The notes beneath the pieces were generated by a model. That model had not been told where the DNA came from. It did no database searches and worked only from the letters and a program-made list of their open reading frames with translations. From Acidobacteriota bacterium (GTDB lineage: Bacteria; Acidobacteriota; Vicinamibacteria; Vicinamibacterales; UBA2999), in the NCBI GenBank assembly GCA_021731165.1, contig JAKFXY010000074.1, positions 2,861 through 66,860 on the forward strand: a stretch of 64,000 nt of DNA, read 5' to 3'. Shown here piece by piece: positions 36,732-45,192 of this stretch (the first letter of the stretch is position 1; each line of letters starts with the position of its first letter). Position numbers and translations under genes: made by a program.

Positions 36732-37841
36732 CTACGAGACCTTCACCCTATCGAGCGCCGCCATCTCCATCTGGACGACGGCGGAAGGGAGCTGGGCGTA
36801 GCCGAGCTCGGTGGCCTGCTTCTGCCCGTCCGTCAAGGCCCAACGCATGAAGTCCACCATGATCCGGCTGCTGGCCGCGTCCTTGGGTGCCTCGTAGAGA
36901 AGGATCCAGGTGAATGACGAGATGGGGTAGGCGCCGGCGCCAGGCGCGTTGGTGATCGAGACGCGGAAATCTGAGGGCATGCTGGCCGCCGCCCCCTCCG
37001 CCGCCTTCGTCACCGCATCCACCGAGGCCTTCACGAATTCACCGGCGAGATTCTGAACCGCGCCAAAGCTGATCTTGTTCTGGAGGGCGTAGATCAATTC
37101 GACGTAACCGATCGATCCGGGCGTCTGCGAGACCAGCCCCGCCACCCCCTCGTTGCCCTTGCCGCCCACGCCGGCCGGCCAGTTGACCGACGTGTTCACG
37201 CCGACCTTCTTCTTGAACGCAGGGGAGGTCTTCGAGAGGAAGTCCACGAAGATGTAGGTGGTCCCCGAGCCGTCGGACCTGTGCACCACCGTGATGTCAG
37301 TGGCCGGAAGCTTTACGCCGGGGTTGAGCTTCGCAATCGCCGGGTCGTCCCATGTCTTCACGGTGCCGAGGTAGATGTCGGCGATGAGCGAACCGCTGAA
37401 CTTCAGCTCGCCCTCGATTCCGGGCACGTTGTAAACCGGCACCACCGCGCCGAGCACCGCCGGGAGATGGAGGATCGGCCCTGGCGCGGATTTCATCTGC
37501 TCGTCGGTCATCGGGCCGTCGGTGGCCCCGAAGAAGACGGTCTGGTTCGTGAGCTGACGGATGCCTCCGCCCGATCCAATCGACTGGTAGTTGATCTGTA
37601 CTTCGGGATAAAGCTTGTTGTACTCGGAGAACCATTTCGAATAGATCGGATAGGGGAATGTCGCTCCCGCACCGTTGATCTGGACGTTGCCCGATGCGCT
37701 TGCTCCCGCCGCACCGGACGTGGACGCGGGCTCGGAGCTGTTGCCGCCACAGGCGGTGACACACACAACGACGATCGTGGCGCATAGAGAGCGAAGCGGC
37801 ATCTGAACCATGCTCTGAACGCTACCGAACGGGAATTTCAC
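36732..37841 (-). CDS. pstS: phosphate-binding lipoprotein PstS
   Basis: Lipobox VTAC|GG and the GAGATFPYPIYSKW phosphate-binding block. Start is GTG 37841 or ATG 37811. Confidence 0.9.
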   Translation of the reverse strand: MKFPFGSVQSMVQMPLRSLCATIVVVCVTACGGNSSEPASTSGAAGASASGNVQINGAGATFPYPIYSKWFSEYNKLYPEVQINYQSIGSGGGIRQLTNQTVFFGATDGPMTDEQMKSAPGPILHLPAVLGAVVPVYNVPGIEGELKFSGSLIADIYLGTVKTWDDPAIAKLNPGVKLPATDITVVHRSDGSGTTYIFVDFLSKTSPAFKKKVGVNTSVNWPAGVGGKGNEGVAGLVSQTPGSIGYVELIYALQNKISFGAVQNLAGEFVKASVDAVTKAAEGAAASMPSDFRVSITNAPGAGAYPISSFTWILLYEAPKDAASSRIMVDFMRWALTDGQKQATELGYAQLPSAVVQMEMAALDRVKVS

Positions 37842-37854
37842 AACCGTTTCCGCG

Positions 37855-37874
37855 GCGTTAAATCCGTGTAACGC
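37855..37874 (-). promoter_or_regulatory. candidate Pho-type operator upstream of pstS
   Basis: The plus strand reads GCGTTA-AATCCGTG-TAACGC. The minus strand reads TTACAC-ggat-TTAACG (hexamers 10 bp apart). It contains the 8-mer CGTTACAC, also present at 41639-41646 and 63660-63667. Confidence 0.3.
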
Positions 37875-38022
37875 ACCCGTCAGTGCGACAGCTCCCGCTT
37901 CGGGGTGGGAGGACCAATCTCCTGATGGACCGCGTAGTCGTGGTTGGCATCGGCCGCGTCATCGAGCAATCGTTGTCTGGGAGTTAGACCACCGCGAATG
38001 CCCCATCGTCTAAGCTCGTAGC

Positions 38023-38457
38023 ATGTCAGGCTCAGCGGCAGTAACACTTGCCATGATTCGGCGTCTGCTGCTGGCGTTGCTCGCCTGCGGGCTCATCGGC
38101 ACGGCCGCAGAGCTGTGGCTGATGGGACACCACGAGAGCGCCTGGCAGGCGGCGCCGTTTGCCGCGATGGCCTGTGCCCTCGGCGCCGGCGGCTGGTGTG
38201 CGCTGTCCGGGTCGGCCATCGCCGTCCGCGTCTTCCAGCTGGCCATGGCCCTCCTGATGCTCGCAGGGGTGACCGGCACCGTTCTGCACTACCGCGCCAA
38301 CATGGAGTTTCAGCTCGAGATGGACGCCTCGCTCGGCGGGTTCGCACTGTTGACGAGGGTATTACAGGCAAAAGCGCCGCCTGCGCTGGCACCCGGCAAC
38401 ATGGCGCTGCTGGGCCTCGTGGGTCTGGTCGCTACCTATCGCCTGACCCCTAAATAG
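38023..38457 (+). CDS. hypothetical 4-TM membrane protein
   Basis: Four hydrophobic segments. No family recognised. Confidence 0.4.
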   Translation: MSGSAAVTLAMIRRLLLALLACGLIGTAAELWLMGHHESAWQAAPFAAMACALGAGGWCALSGSAIAVRVFQLAMALLMLAGVTGTVLHYRANMEFQLEMDASLGGFALLTRVLQAKAPPALAPGNMALLGLVGLVATYRLTPK

Positions 38458-38493
38458 TCGTTCGATTCACCCTCTTTCCAAGGAGCACTATTC

Positions 38494-39132
38494 ATGCCTC
38501 GTCCCCATTTCTTCATCCCGGCCACGTTCGTCATGCTGCTGGCGCTGTTGCCTTCCCCCGCGCGTGCCCAGGTCGGCACGGGCATCCTCGACGCCAACAC
38601 GGTGGCCGAAGCGCAGCTGGCCGGGCTGCCGGGCATGACGCCGGCAGTCGCCAAGGCACTGGTAGCCGCCCGCCCCTTCGGGAGCGCGGTGGAACTCAAC
38701 ACGTTCCTGACGGGCCAGAAGCTGACCACCGAACAGATCGCGGCGTTCTACGGCAAGGCCTTCGTGCACGTGAATCTCAACACCGGCACGCGCGAGGACA
38801 TCCTGCTCATCCCCGGTGCCGGCAACCGCATGGCGCGCGAGTTCGCGGAGTACCGCCCGTGGAAGACCTGGGCGCAATTCGACAAGGAGATCAGCAAGTA
38901 CGTGGGCCAGCCGGAAACCGACCGGCTCAAGGGCTACGTGTTCATCCCGGTGAACCTGAACACGGCGAGCGACCAGGACATCCTGAGCATTCCTGGCGCC
39001 GGCGCCCGGATGGTGCGGGAGTTCAAGGAGTACCGCCCCTGGAAGACGAAGGAGCAGTTCGAGCGCGAGATCGGCAAGTACGTCGGCGCGAAAGAGGTGG
39101 CCCGCCTCTGGCGCTACGTCGTCATTGAGTAG
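38494..39132 (+). CDS. secreted helix-hairpin-helix (ComEA-like) repeat protein
   Basis: Signal peptide and three HhH-like units (LAGLPGMT, LLIPGAGNRM, LSIPGAGARM). The last two sit in a 60-aa tandem duplication. Confidence 0.55.
   Translation: MPRPHFFIPATFVMLLALLPSPARAQVGTGILDANTVAEAQLAGLPGMTPAVAKALVAARPFGSAVELNTFLTGQKLTTEQIAAFYGKAFVHVNLNTGTREDILLIPGAGNRMAREFAEYRPWKTWAQFDKEISKYVGQPETDRLKGYVFIPVNLNTASDQDILSIPGAGARMVREFKEYRPWKTKEQFEREIGKYVGAKEVARLWRYVVIE
38770..39129 (+). repeat. intragenic tandem duplication, 2 x 180 nt (60 aa)
   Basis: VNLNTGTREDILLIPGAGNRMAREFAEYRPWKTWAQFDKEISKYVG... versus VNLNTASDQDILSIPGAGARMVREFKEYRPWKTKEQFEREIGKYVG... Confidence 0.8.
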
Positions 39133-39159
39133 TCGCGACTGGTGCGCCTGGCGGAGGAT

Positions 39160-39181
39160 GGTGCGGCCCTACGGCCGCACC
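39160..39181. terminator. GC-rich hairpin between convergent genes
   Basis: GGTGCGGCC-ctac-GGCCGCACC, a 9-bp perfect stem. It overlaps the last codons of the minus-strand gene. No U-tract. Confidence 0.4.
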
Positions 39182-39801
39182 ACCTCGATCCCGTCCACAT
39201 GCACGTCGAGCAGGTGGTTCACGCGGGCGCCCGCGATGCCGTCCGTCTTGAGACTGGCCTTGGGTGCGGAGTGCACCACCGTGCCGTTGACCACGAATGA
39301 GACCGTGTCGCCGGCCACGCGAACCTCGAGCTGGTTGGTGGAGCGGCCGTCGGCGCCCGGCCGGCGGATCGCGTCGTGCGCCTTGCGCGGCTGAATGTCT
39401 GTCACCTGTTCGCCGGCCCGCTGACGGACGAGGAACGTGCCATTCTGGCCGACGAGGAAATAGGCGTAGGTCTCCGCCGCCCCGTCGAGCTGGGCGCCGC
39501 CGAAGATGAGGCCGTAGAAGTTGACGTGCCCGCTCGGCTTCATCAGATTGAACGTGCCGCGCAGCGTGTAATTGCCGGTAGCCGTCTGCGAGGGATTCCA
39601 GAACGTGCCCGCCGGCCCACCCGTGACGCGGTAGCCCTTCCCCAACGCCATTGTCTTCAGCTCTCGCGTGTCGTCGGGGTCCTCGGCACTGCGGCTCTCG
39701 TCGACCCGCACGCGCAGGCCAGTGGGCGCCTGTGCGCCAAGGGGAGCCACCATCAGGCCAACGAGCGCGACGATGGTGATGAACGAAATCAGATACGGCA
39801 T
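39169..39801 (-). CDS. secreted DUF1080/LamG-like domain protein
   Basis: ATG 39801 gives a signal peptide (MPYLISFITIVALVGLMVAPLGAQA). The beta-rich body resembles 3-keto-disaccharide-hydrolase-like domains. Tentative. Confidence 0.45.
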   Translation of the reverse strand: MPYLISFITIVALVGLMVAPLGAQAPTGLRVRVDESRSAEDPDDTRELKTMALGKGYRVTGGPAGTFWNPSQTATGNYTLRGTFNLMKPSGHVNFYGLIFGGAQLDGAAETYAYFLVGQNGTFLVRQRAGEQVTDIQPRKAHDAIRRPGADGRSTNQLEVRVAGDTVSFVVNGTVVHSAPKASLKTDGIAGARVNHLLDVHVDGIEVVRP

Positions 39802-39978
39802 GGACACGAATCCTCCCGCGAAAAGAGTGCACCGGCGCCTGGCAGCGCGCTCGGTCGCCACCTGCAAGAATGCTGAACGCCCGGTTAGACGCCGGCCCGG
39901 GCAATCTGGCCGCACCCGTGCAGGAAGGCCACCCGAGGTGGAACTCGAACAAGTTTGCAGGCGGTCGCGGACGTGGGC

Positions 39979-41616
39979 CTAGCGTCGCGCTGAGGAAGGG
40001 GTATTTCGCCACCTGCCGTTCGGTGTCGCACCCTTCCGAACCGGTTGAGCGCGGGTACCTCGAGCAGCATCCACACCCGCTCCAGTGCCGGTTTCGATCT
40101 CGATCGGTTTGCCGACCAGGCGTTCAAACGGGCTCTTGTGGCGGTTGGTGGCCCAGACCTCGAGCTCGGCGTCCCCCGACGTATGGAGGACGACGAGCAG
40201 GTCCTTCCCGCGATCTTGAAGATCGAGTCCGGAAATTGCCTGCGAGTGGCTGCGGTCGAGGCTCTCGGCCACGCGCAGGATCGATGCGAGCATCCGCACA
40301 GTTCGCCGCAGCGGCGCCGTCAGCAGCGCATACTCCTCGTGCGAGCGCTTGGGTGTCCCGCGTCGATGGTATCGCGCGACCAGAGCCATGACCTCGATCT
40401 CGTCTGGGCGAAATCCCCGCAGATCGCCGTTCTTGATCAGGTAGTACGAATGGCGATGGTGCCGGCTGTAGCTGATGTGGGTGCCGAGGTCGTGCATCAG
40501 CGCGGCGTACTCGAGCCACTCGCGCTCGCGATCCGTGAGGCCGTGAATGGCTCGCGTCTGATCGAACAGCGCCAGCGCGAGACGTGTCACCTGCTGGGCG
40601 TGTTCAGCGAAATAGTTGCACCGTTCAGCCAGCTCCAGCGTGCTCCGACGACGCACGTCGGGGATGCGATCGACCTGGGCAATCTGCCGCTTGTTGCGTC
40701 GGACGTAATCGAGGATCAGTCCCTCGCGTAACGCCAGGTCGCACAGGGTCAGCTCGCCGGCCCCGAGCCGCCTCAGAATGGTGTCCACCAGGACGGCGCC
40801 GGCGACGACGAGGTCGGCGCGTCTGGGGTCGAGGCCGGGCCACGCCAGGCGCTGCTCGATGTCGCACGCGACCATCTCCTTGCGGACCCGGCGGATCTGC
40901 TTGGCCGAGACGTGGAGGTTGCGCAGCTCGCCCGGGGGCGTGCCGCGCGACGTTGTCGCGGCCATGGCGCCCAGGCTCAGGATCGTCCCGGAGGTGCCTA
41001 TCACGCGGTCGAATCCGACCGCGGCGATTTGTTCGCAGTGGCGATCGATCTCGCCGAGGATGTGCCTCTCGAGTCGGCGCTCGTCGCGCGCGGAAACCGG
41101 ATCGCTCTTGACGAAGCGCTGGGTGAGCCGGATGACGCCGATCTTGAAGCTGCGTGCGAGGTGGATGGCGGTGGCCGAGCCGAGCGTGATCTCGACGCTG
41201 CCGCCGCCGACGTCGATCACGACCGCCAGGCCGCTGGCCACGTCTACACCATAGACCGCCGCCAGGTGAATGAGGCGTGCTTCCTCGGCCCCGGATATCA
41301 CCCGCGCGCGGATTCCGGTCTCGCGCTCGATCCGCGACAGAAACGCCCCGCCATTGTCCGCCTCGCGTATGGCGCTCGTGGCCGCCGCCAGGATTTCGTC
41401 CACGCCGTGCGATTCGGCGAGGCGCCTGAACTTCGAGAGCGCCTGAAGCGTTGCCGCCATCGCCTCCGCGGTGAGCGACCGGCCGTCGAGCCCGCCCGCT
41501 CCGAGGCGAACCATGGCCTTCTCACGGTCCACGACCTCGAACGAGAGGTCGGGCCGGACCATCACGATGATCATGTGGACCGAGTTGGTGCCGATGTCGA
41601 TCGCGGCGATCCGCAT
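39979..41616 (-). CDS. ppx: Ppx/GppA-family exopolyphosphatase with HD domain
   Basis: N-terminus MRIAAIDIGTNSVHM (actin-like ATPase fold). C-terminal HD region (ALMHDLGTHISYSRHHRHSYY). Confidence 0.85.
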   Translation of the reverse strand: MRIAAIDIGTNSVHMIIVMVRPDLSFEVVDREKAMVRLGAGGLDGRSLTAEAMAATLQALSKFRRLAESHGVDEILAAATSAIREADNGGAFLSRIERETGIRARVISGAEEARLIHLAAVYGVDVASGLAVVIDVGGGSVEITLGSATAIHLARSFKIGVIRLTQRFVKSDPVSARDERRLERHILGEIDRHCEQIAAVGFDRVIGTSGTILSLGAMAATTSRGTPPGELRNLHVSAKQIRRVRKEMVACDIEQRLAWPGLDPRRADLVVAGAVLVDTILRRLGAGELTLCDLALREGLILDYVRRNKRQIAQVDRIPDVRRRSTLELAERCNYFAEHAQQVTRLALALFDQTRAIHGLTDREREWLEYAALMHDLGTHISYSRHHRHSYYLIKNGDLRGFRPDEIEVMALVARYHRRGTPKRSHEEYALLTAPLRRTVRMLASILRVAESLDRSHSQAISGLDLQDRGKDLLVVLHTSGDAELEVWATNRHKSPFERLVGKPIEIETGTGAGVDAARGTRAQPVRKGATPNGRWRNTPSSARR

Positions 41617-41643
41617 GAACTGGGTAGGTAATCTCGACCGTTA

Positions 41644-41661
41644 CACTATCGATCTATAGTG
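41644..41661. promoter_or_regulatory. AT-rich palindrome CACTAT-cgatct-ATAGTG in the ppx/CHAD divergent promoter
   Basis: 6-bp perfect inverted repeat with a 6-nt spacer, immediately following CGTTACAC (41639-41646). It is one of the most AT-rich spots I noticed in the window. Confidence 0.35.
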
Positions 41662-41678
41662 ACGGGCGCCATCCTAAC

Positions 41679-42557
41679 ATGCCGCGTACACACCCATCGG
41701 AGCTTCTCATCCGCCAGCGTGTCGGGGCGTTGACCCGCAGCTTGCCGGCCGCACAGAAGGGCAACGCGGACTCGCTGCACCTCGCGCGGGTCGCCACGCG
41801 CCGTCTGAGGGAAGCGTTGCCGCTGGTCGCATCCGGCTCGAGGCAGCGCAAGCTCGAGCGCCAGGTCCGCGGCATGACCCGTGCGCTCGGACCGGTGCGG
41901 GAGCTTGACGTGGCGATGGACGTGCTGGACGAACTCGAGGCCGGCGGCGAGGTTCCGCGCGCCGCCCTTCTCCGCCTCCGCCGCGTGGTGAGCGATGAGC
42001 GGCGGGTGCTGCACGAGCAGATGCTCCGGCAACTCGGCAAGGTCGAGATTGAGAAACTTGGGAAGCGCGCGATCGCGGAAGCGCGAAAAGGCGCAGGCAG
42101 CGGTGCCCTGAGCGACGCCGAGCGAATCGCGACCGCGCGCGCCCGTGCGGCCAGACGTGCCGAAGCGCTCGAAGGCGCCATCGAGAACGCCTCCGGCATG
42201 TATCTCCCCGATCGCCTCCACGAGGTTCGCATCGCGGTGAAGAAGCTTCGCTATGCGTTGGAACTCGCCGGGGCGTTCAGCCGCTCACGCGCCGAGGCGA
42301 GACTTCGGACGTTGAAGAAGGCCCAGGATGTGCTTGGGCGCATGCACGACCTCGAGGTCCTCATTGCGCGAACCCGCGCGGTACAGGGCGCCCCTGGTGC
42401 GCCGACGCTGAAGCTCTCGGGAGATCTCGATCGGCTCGTGCGTGTCCTTGAAGCCGAGTGCCGCCGGCTTCACGGCCACTACATGGCGTCGCGCGCCTCG
42501 CTCACCACGATCTGCGATCACGTCGTGGCCGCCGCCGCACGCCGTCGTGCCGCCTGA
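41679..42557 (+). CDS. CHAD domain protein
   Basis: All-helical, Arg-rich, with a repeated LH..R...K.LRYALE block (LHEVRIAVKKLRYALEL). Confidence 0.7.
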   Translation: MPRTHPSELLIRQRVGALTRSLPAAQKGNADSLHLARVATRRLREALPLVASGSRQRKLERQVRGMTRALGPVRELDVAMDVLDELEAGGEVPRAALLRLRRVVSDERRVLHEQMLRQLGKVEIEKLGKRAIAEARKGAGSGALSDAERIATARARAARRAEALEGAIENASGMYLPDRLHEVRIAVKKLRYALELAGAFSRSRAEARLRTLKKAQDVLGRMHDLEVLIARTRAVQGAPGAPTLKLSGDLDRLVRVLEAECRRLHGHYMASRASLTTICDHVVAAAARRRAA

Positions 42558-42562
42558 GCCGG

Positions 42563-43066
42563 ATGCCGCACTGCGAGATCTCCATCGTCCGCCATGCCAT
42601 CGCCGCCGAGCGGGGCGAGGAGTGGCCCGACGACACCAAGCGGCCCCTGACAGAACAAGGCATCGCGCGGTTCAAGGAGGTCGTGCGAGGGCTGGCCTGG
42701 CTCGAGGTCGGCATTGACGAGATCTTCACGAGTCCGCTCGTCCGCGCGAGGCAGACCGCCGCGCTTCTGGCGGCGGGGATCTCCGGCAAGCCCAATATGA
42801 AGGTGCTGGAGTCGCTCGCACCAGGGCACTCGGTCGCAGCCGTGCTGCAGGAACTGGCTCAGACCGCGAGGCGCAAGCGGGTTGCCCTCGTGGGCCACGA
42901 GCCGGGTCTTGGCGAGCTTGCGGGACATCTAATCGGCACACGCCGCGCACTGCCGTTTCGGAAGGGTGGCGCCTGCCATATCCTGATCGAGAGTTTCAGC
43001 ACCCGTCGCGCGGGCGAGCTGCAATGGTTCCTTCCTCCGAGAGCCTTGCGGAAGCTTGGAAGATAG
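42563..43066 (+). CDS. sixA: SixA-type phosphohistidine phosphatase
   Basis: ATG 42563. IVRHAIA (RHG-type motif) and ALVGHEPGLGEL. About 167 aa. Confidence 0.7.
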   Translation: MPHCEISIVRHAIAAERGEEWPDDTKRPLTEQGIARFKEVVRGLAWLEVGIDEIFTSPLVRARQTAALLAAGISGKPNMKVLESLAPGHSVAAVLQELAQTARRKRVALVGHEPGLGELAGHLIGTRRALPFRKGGACHILIESFSTRRAGELQWFLPPRALRKLGR

Positions 43067-43133
43067 CAAGTCCCCTGGTCAAAGCATGCCGCCTGTCTAC
43101 AGGATTTGCCCGTTGCCCGTGGCCCGTTGACCC

Positions 43134-44030
43134 GTGTCTGTCGCCGTCATCATCAACCCCGTTTCCGGCACCGGCGGCGGCCCCGAGGCGGGGCGGCGGC
43201 GCGCGGAGCTCGCGGCGCGCGTGCTCGTGGCGCGCGGCTTCGAGCCGGTCGTCTATCTGACGGAACGATCCGGCCACGCCCGCGAGCTGGCACAGGTGGC
43301 CGTCAACCACGGTGCTCGTACCGTCGTCGCCTGGGGTGGGGACGGGACTGTCAACGAGGTCGCCTCGGCGCTGGTCTTCAGCGACGCCAGGCTTGCGATC
43401 GTTCCGAGCGGCTCCGGCAACGGACTTGCCCGCGAACTGCTCGTGCCCTTCGACCCGACGAGGGCTCTCGGCGTTGCCATTGGTCCTCACGAACACGCGA
43501 TGGATGCCGGGGAGCTGGACGGGCACCTCTTCTTCAACGTGGCCGGGATCGGCCTTGACGCGCGAGTGGCGCACCGGTTTGCGGAGCAGGGGCTTGTCGG
43601 GCGAGGCTTCTCTCGCTATCTCGCGATCACGCTGCGGGAGATCGTGCGGTACGAACCCGATGAGTACATCATCGTGGCCGACGACGAGCGGCTGCGATCG
43701 CGACCGCTGCTGATTGCCATTGCCAACGCCCGGCAGTACGGCAACGGAGCCCTCATCGCTCCACAGGCGCGACTCGACGATGGGCGCCTTGATGTCGTTG
43801 TCGTCGCGTATCGTTCGCCCATCCGGGCGCTTGTTCAGGCTCCGCGGGTCTTCCTGGGGCAGGTCGGGCGCGTGTCTGGCGTGACGATGCGGACGGCGGC
43901 TGAGGTGGAGATCCGCTCCGCGCGGCCGGTCGTGTACCACCTAGACGGTGAACCGCACGTTGGCGGCACCACCATTTCGGCGAAGGTCCATCCGCGTGCG
44001 TTGCGAGTGATGGTGCCCGGGCCCCGTTGA
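43134..44030 (+). CDS. YegS/BmrU-family lipid (diacylglycerol) kinase
   Basis: DAGK catalytic domain with VVAWGGDGTVNEV. Confidence 0.8.
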   Translation: MSVAVIINPVSGTGGGPEAGRRRAELAARVLVARGFEPVVYLTERSGHARELAQVAVNHGARTVVAWGGDGTVNEVASALVFSDARLAIVPSGSGNGLARELLVPFDPTRALGVAIGPHEHAMDAGELDGHLFFNVAGIGLDARVAHRFAEQGLVGRGFSRYLAITLREIVRYEPDEYIIVADDERLRSRPLLIAIANARQYGNGALIAPQARLDDGRLDVVVVAYRSPIRALVQAPRVFLGQVGRVSGVTMRTAAEVEIRSARPVVYHLDGEPHVGGTTISAKVHPRALRVMVPGPR

Positions 44031-44046
44031 CGCGCATCAGTCGGAA

Positions 44047-44072
44047 GGAGGCCTGAAGGCCTCCGATTGTTT
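44047..44072 (+). terminator. rho-independent terminator candidate
   Basis: GGAGGCC-tgaa-GGCCTCC followed by the T-rich GATTGTTT, 17 nt after the lipid kinase stop. Confidence 0.55.
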
Positions 44073-44087
44073 ACACAACGTTTACGC
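44071..44087 (+). promoter_or_regulatory. direct repeat TTACAC-aacgt-TTACGC (11-bp phasing)
   Basis: Read directly from the sequence. It lies upstream of the small ORF 44095/44125..44334. Confidence 0.3.
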
Positions 44088-44094
44088 GCGCCAG

Positions 44095-44334
44095 GTGGCT
44101 GAACCGGGTAAAGATCGGGATCCCATGTACGCTCGCGTTTTCACCAAAGCCGCTCACATCCGCCGATTCACAATTTCCGATATCGCCTCGTCGGGCTGGG
44201 AAGTCCGGGAGGAGCACGATTGGAACATCGTGCGCGCCGTCCGGTACCGCGACTGGCACCGCGTCGAGCGAGCCAAGCTCGCGTTCTCGCGTGAGGCGAC
44301 GACGTTGGCGCAGGCGGGGTGGATCGAGGCCTGA
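44095..44334 (+). CDS. hypothetical small protein
   Basis: 79 aa from GTG 44095, or 69 aa from ATG 44125. No family recognised. Confidence 0.3.
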   Translation: MAEPGKDRDPMYARVFTKAAHIRRFTISDIASSGWEVREEHDWNIVRAVRYRDWHRVERAKLAFSREATTLAQAGWIEA

Positions 44335-44362
44335 GACCGCAGGACTGTTGAGCCTGGGCGGC

Positions 44363-45058
44363 CTACTCGACGAACCGGTAGCCCAACCCGACCACCGTTT
44401 CAATCTGCCGTCCGGCGTCGCCCAGCTTGCCGCGCAGCCGTCCCACGTGGACGTCCACCGATCGTGTTTCGATCAGGCGCTCATATCCCCACACGCGTTC
44501 GAGCAGTCGGTCGCGCGAGATGACGCGATTCTTGTTCTCGACCAGGTACTTCAGCAGCTCGAACTCGCGGCGAGTCAGCTTGATGGGATCCCCGTCAACG
44601 GCGACGGAGATTGCGTCGAAGTCGGCCAGGATGTGCTTGCCGCGGTAGACCAGTGGTTTGGCGGGCGATTCGTCGGGCCGGCCGCGCCGCAGGACGGCTC
44701 GCACGCGGGCTGCGAGCTCGCGAGGGCTGAACGGTTTGGTGACGTAGTCGTCCGCACCGATATCGAGCCCCGTCACACGATCGCTTTCGCCAGTTCTGGC
44801 CGTGACGATCAGGATAGGGACGCGCGCCGTCTGCGCGCGCGAGCGGAGGATGCGGCAGACTTCCAGCCCGTTCAGGACCGGGAGATTGAGATCCAGGATG
44901 ATGACGTCGGGCGTCCGGACCGTGACGGCTTTGAGCGCCGCATCGCCGCTGCCGACGACCTCGACCTCCATCTCGCCGCTGCGCTCGAGCGTGTGCTTGA
45001 TCAGGCCGGCAATGTCCTGCTCGTCCTCGACGACCAGGACCCGCGGTGAAGGTGTCAC
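44363..45058 (-). CDS. OmpR/PhoB-family response regulator (no adjacent kinase)
   Basis: Receiver domain (VLVVEDE, ILDLNLP) plus a winged-helix C-terminus (TRREFELLKYLV...VVGLGYRF). Confidence 0.9.
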   Translation of the reverse strand: MTPSPRVLVVEDEQDIAGLIKHTLERSGEMEVEVVGSGDAALKAVTVRTPDVIILDLNLPVLNGLEVCRILRSRAQTARVPILIVTARTGESDRVTGLDIGADDYVTKPFSPRELAARVRAVLRRGRPDESPAKPLVYRGKHILADFDAISVAVDGDPIKLTRREFELLKYLVENKNRVISRDRLLERVWGYERLIETRSVDVHVGRLRGKLGDAGRQIETVVGLGYRFVE

Positions 45059-45103
45059 CCAGCCACCATATGGGCCAGGCGTTTCCTGGCGGTGACGCCG
45101 ACG

Positions 45104-45120
45104 TTAATTCTGCGTTACGG
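45104..45120 (+). promoter_or_regulatory. direct repeat TTAATT-ctgcg-TTACGG (11-bp phasing) in the regulator / spermidine-synthase-fusion divergent region
   Basis: Read directly from the sequence. Preceded by CG in both units (CGTTAA / CGTTAC). Confidence 0.3.
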
Positions 45121-45192
45121 TCCGGCGACGAGCGCGCCCGCACACCCCAGGAACGCGGGGGTTTCAGGGGACTTTGATAGTATTCGCGCCAC

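Noticed and set aside
39122-40012. 296-aa minus-strand ORF
   Set aside because: It is an alternative frame of the DUF1080-like gene region. The 39169..39801 frame has a proper signal peptide and beta-rich domain.
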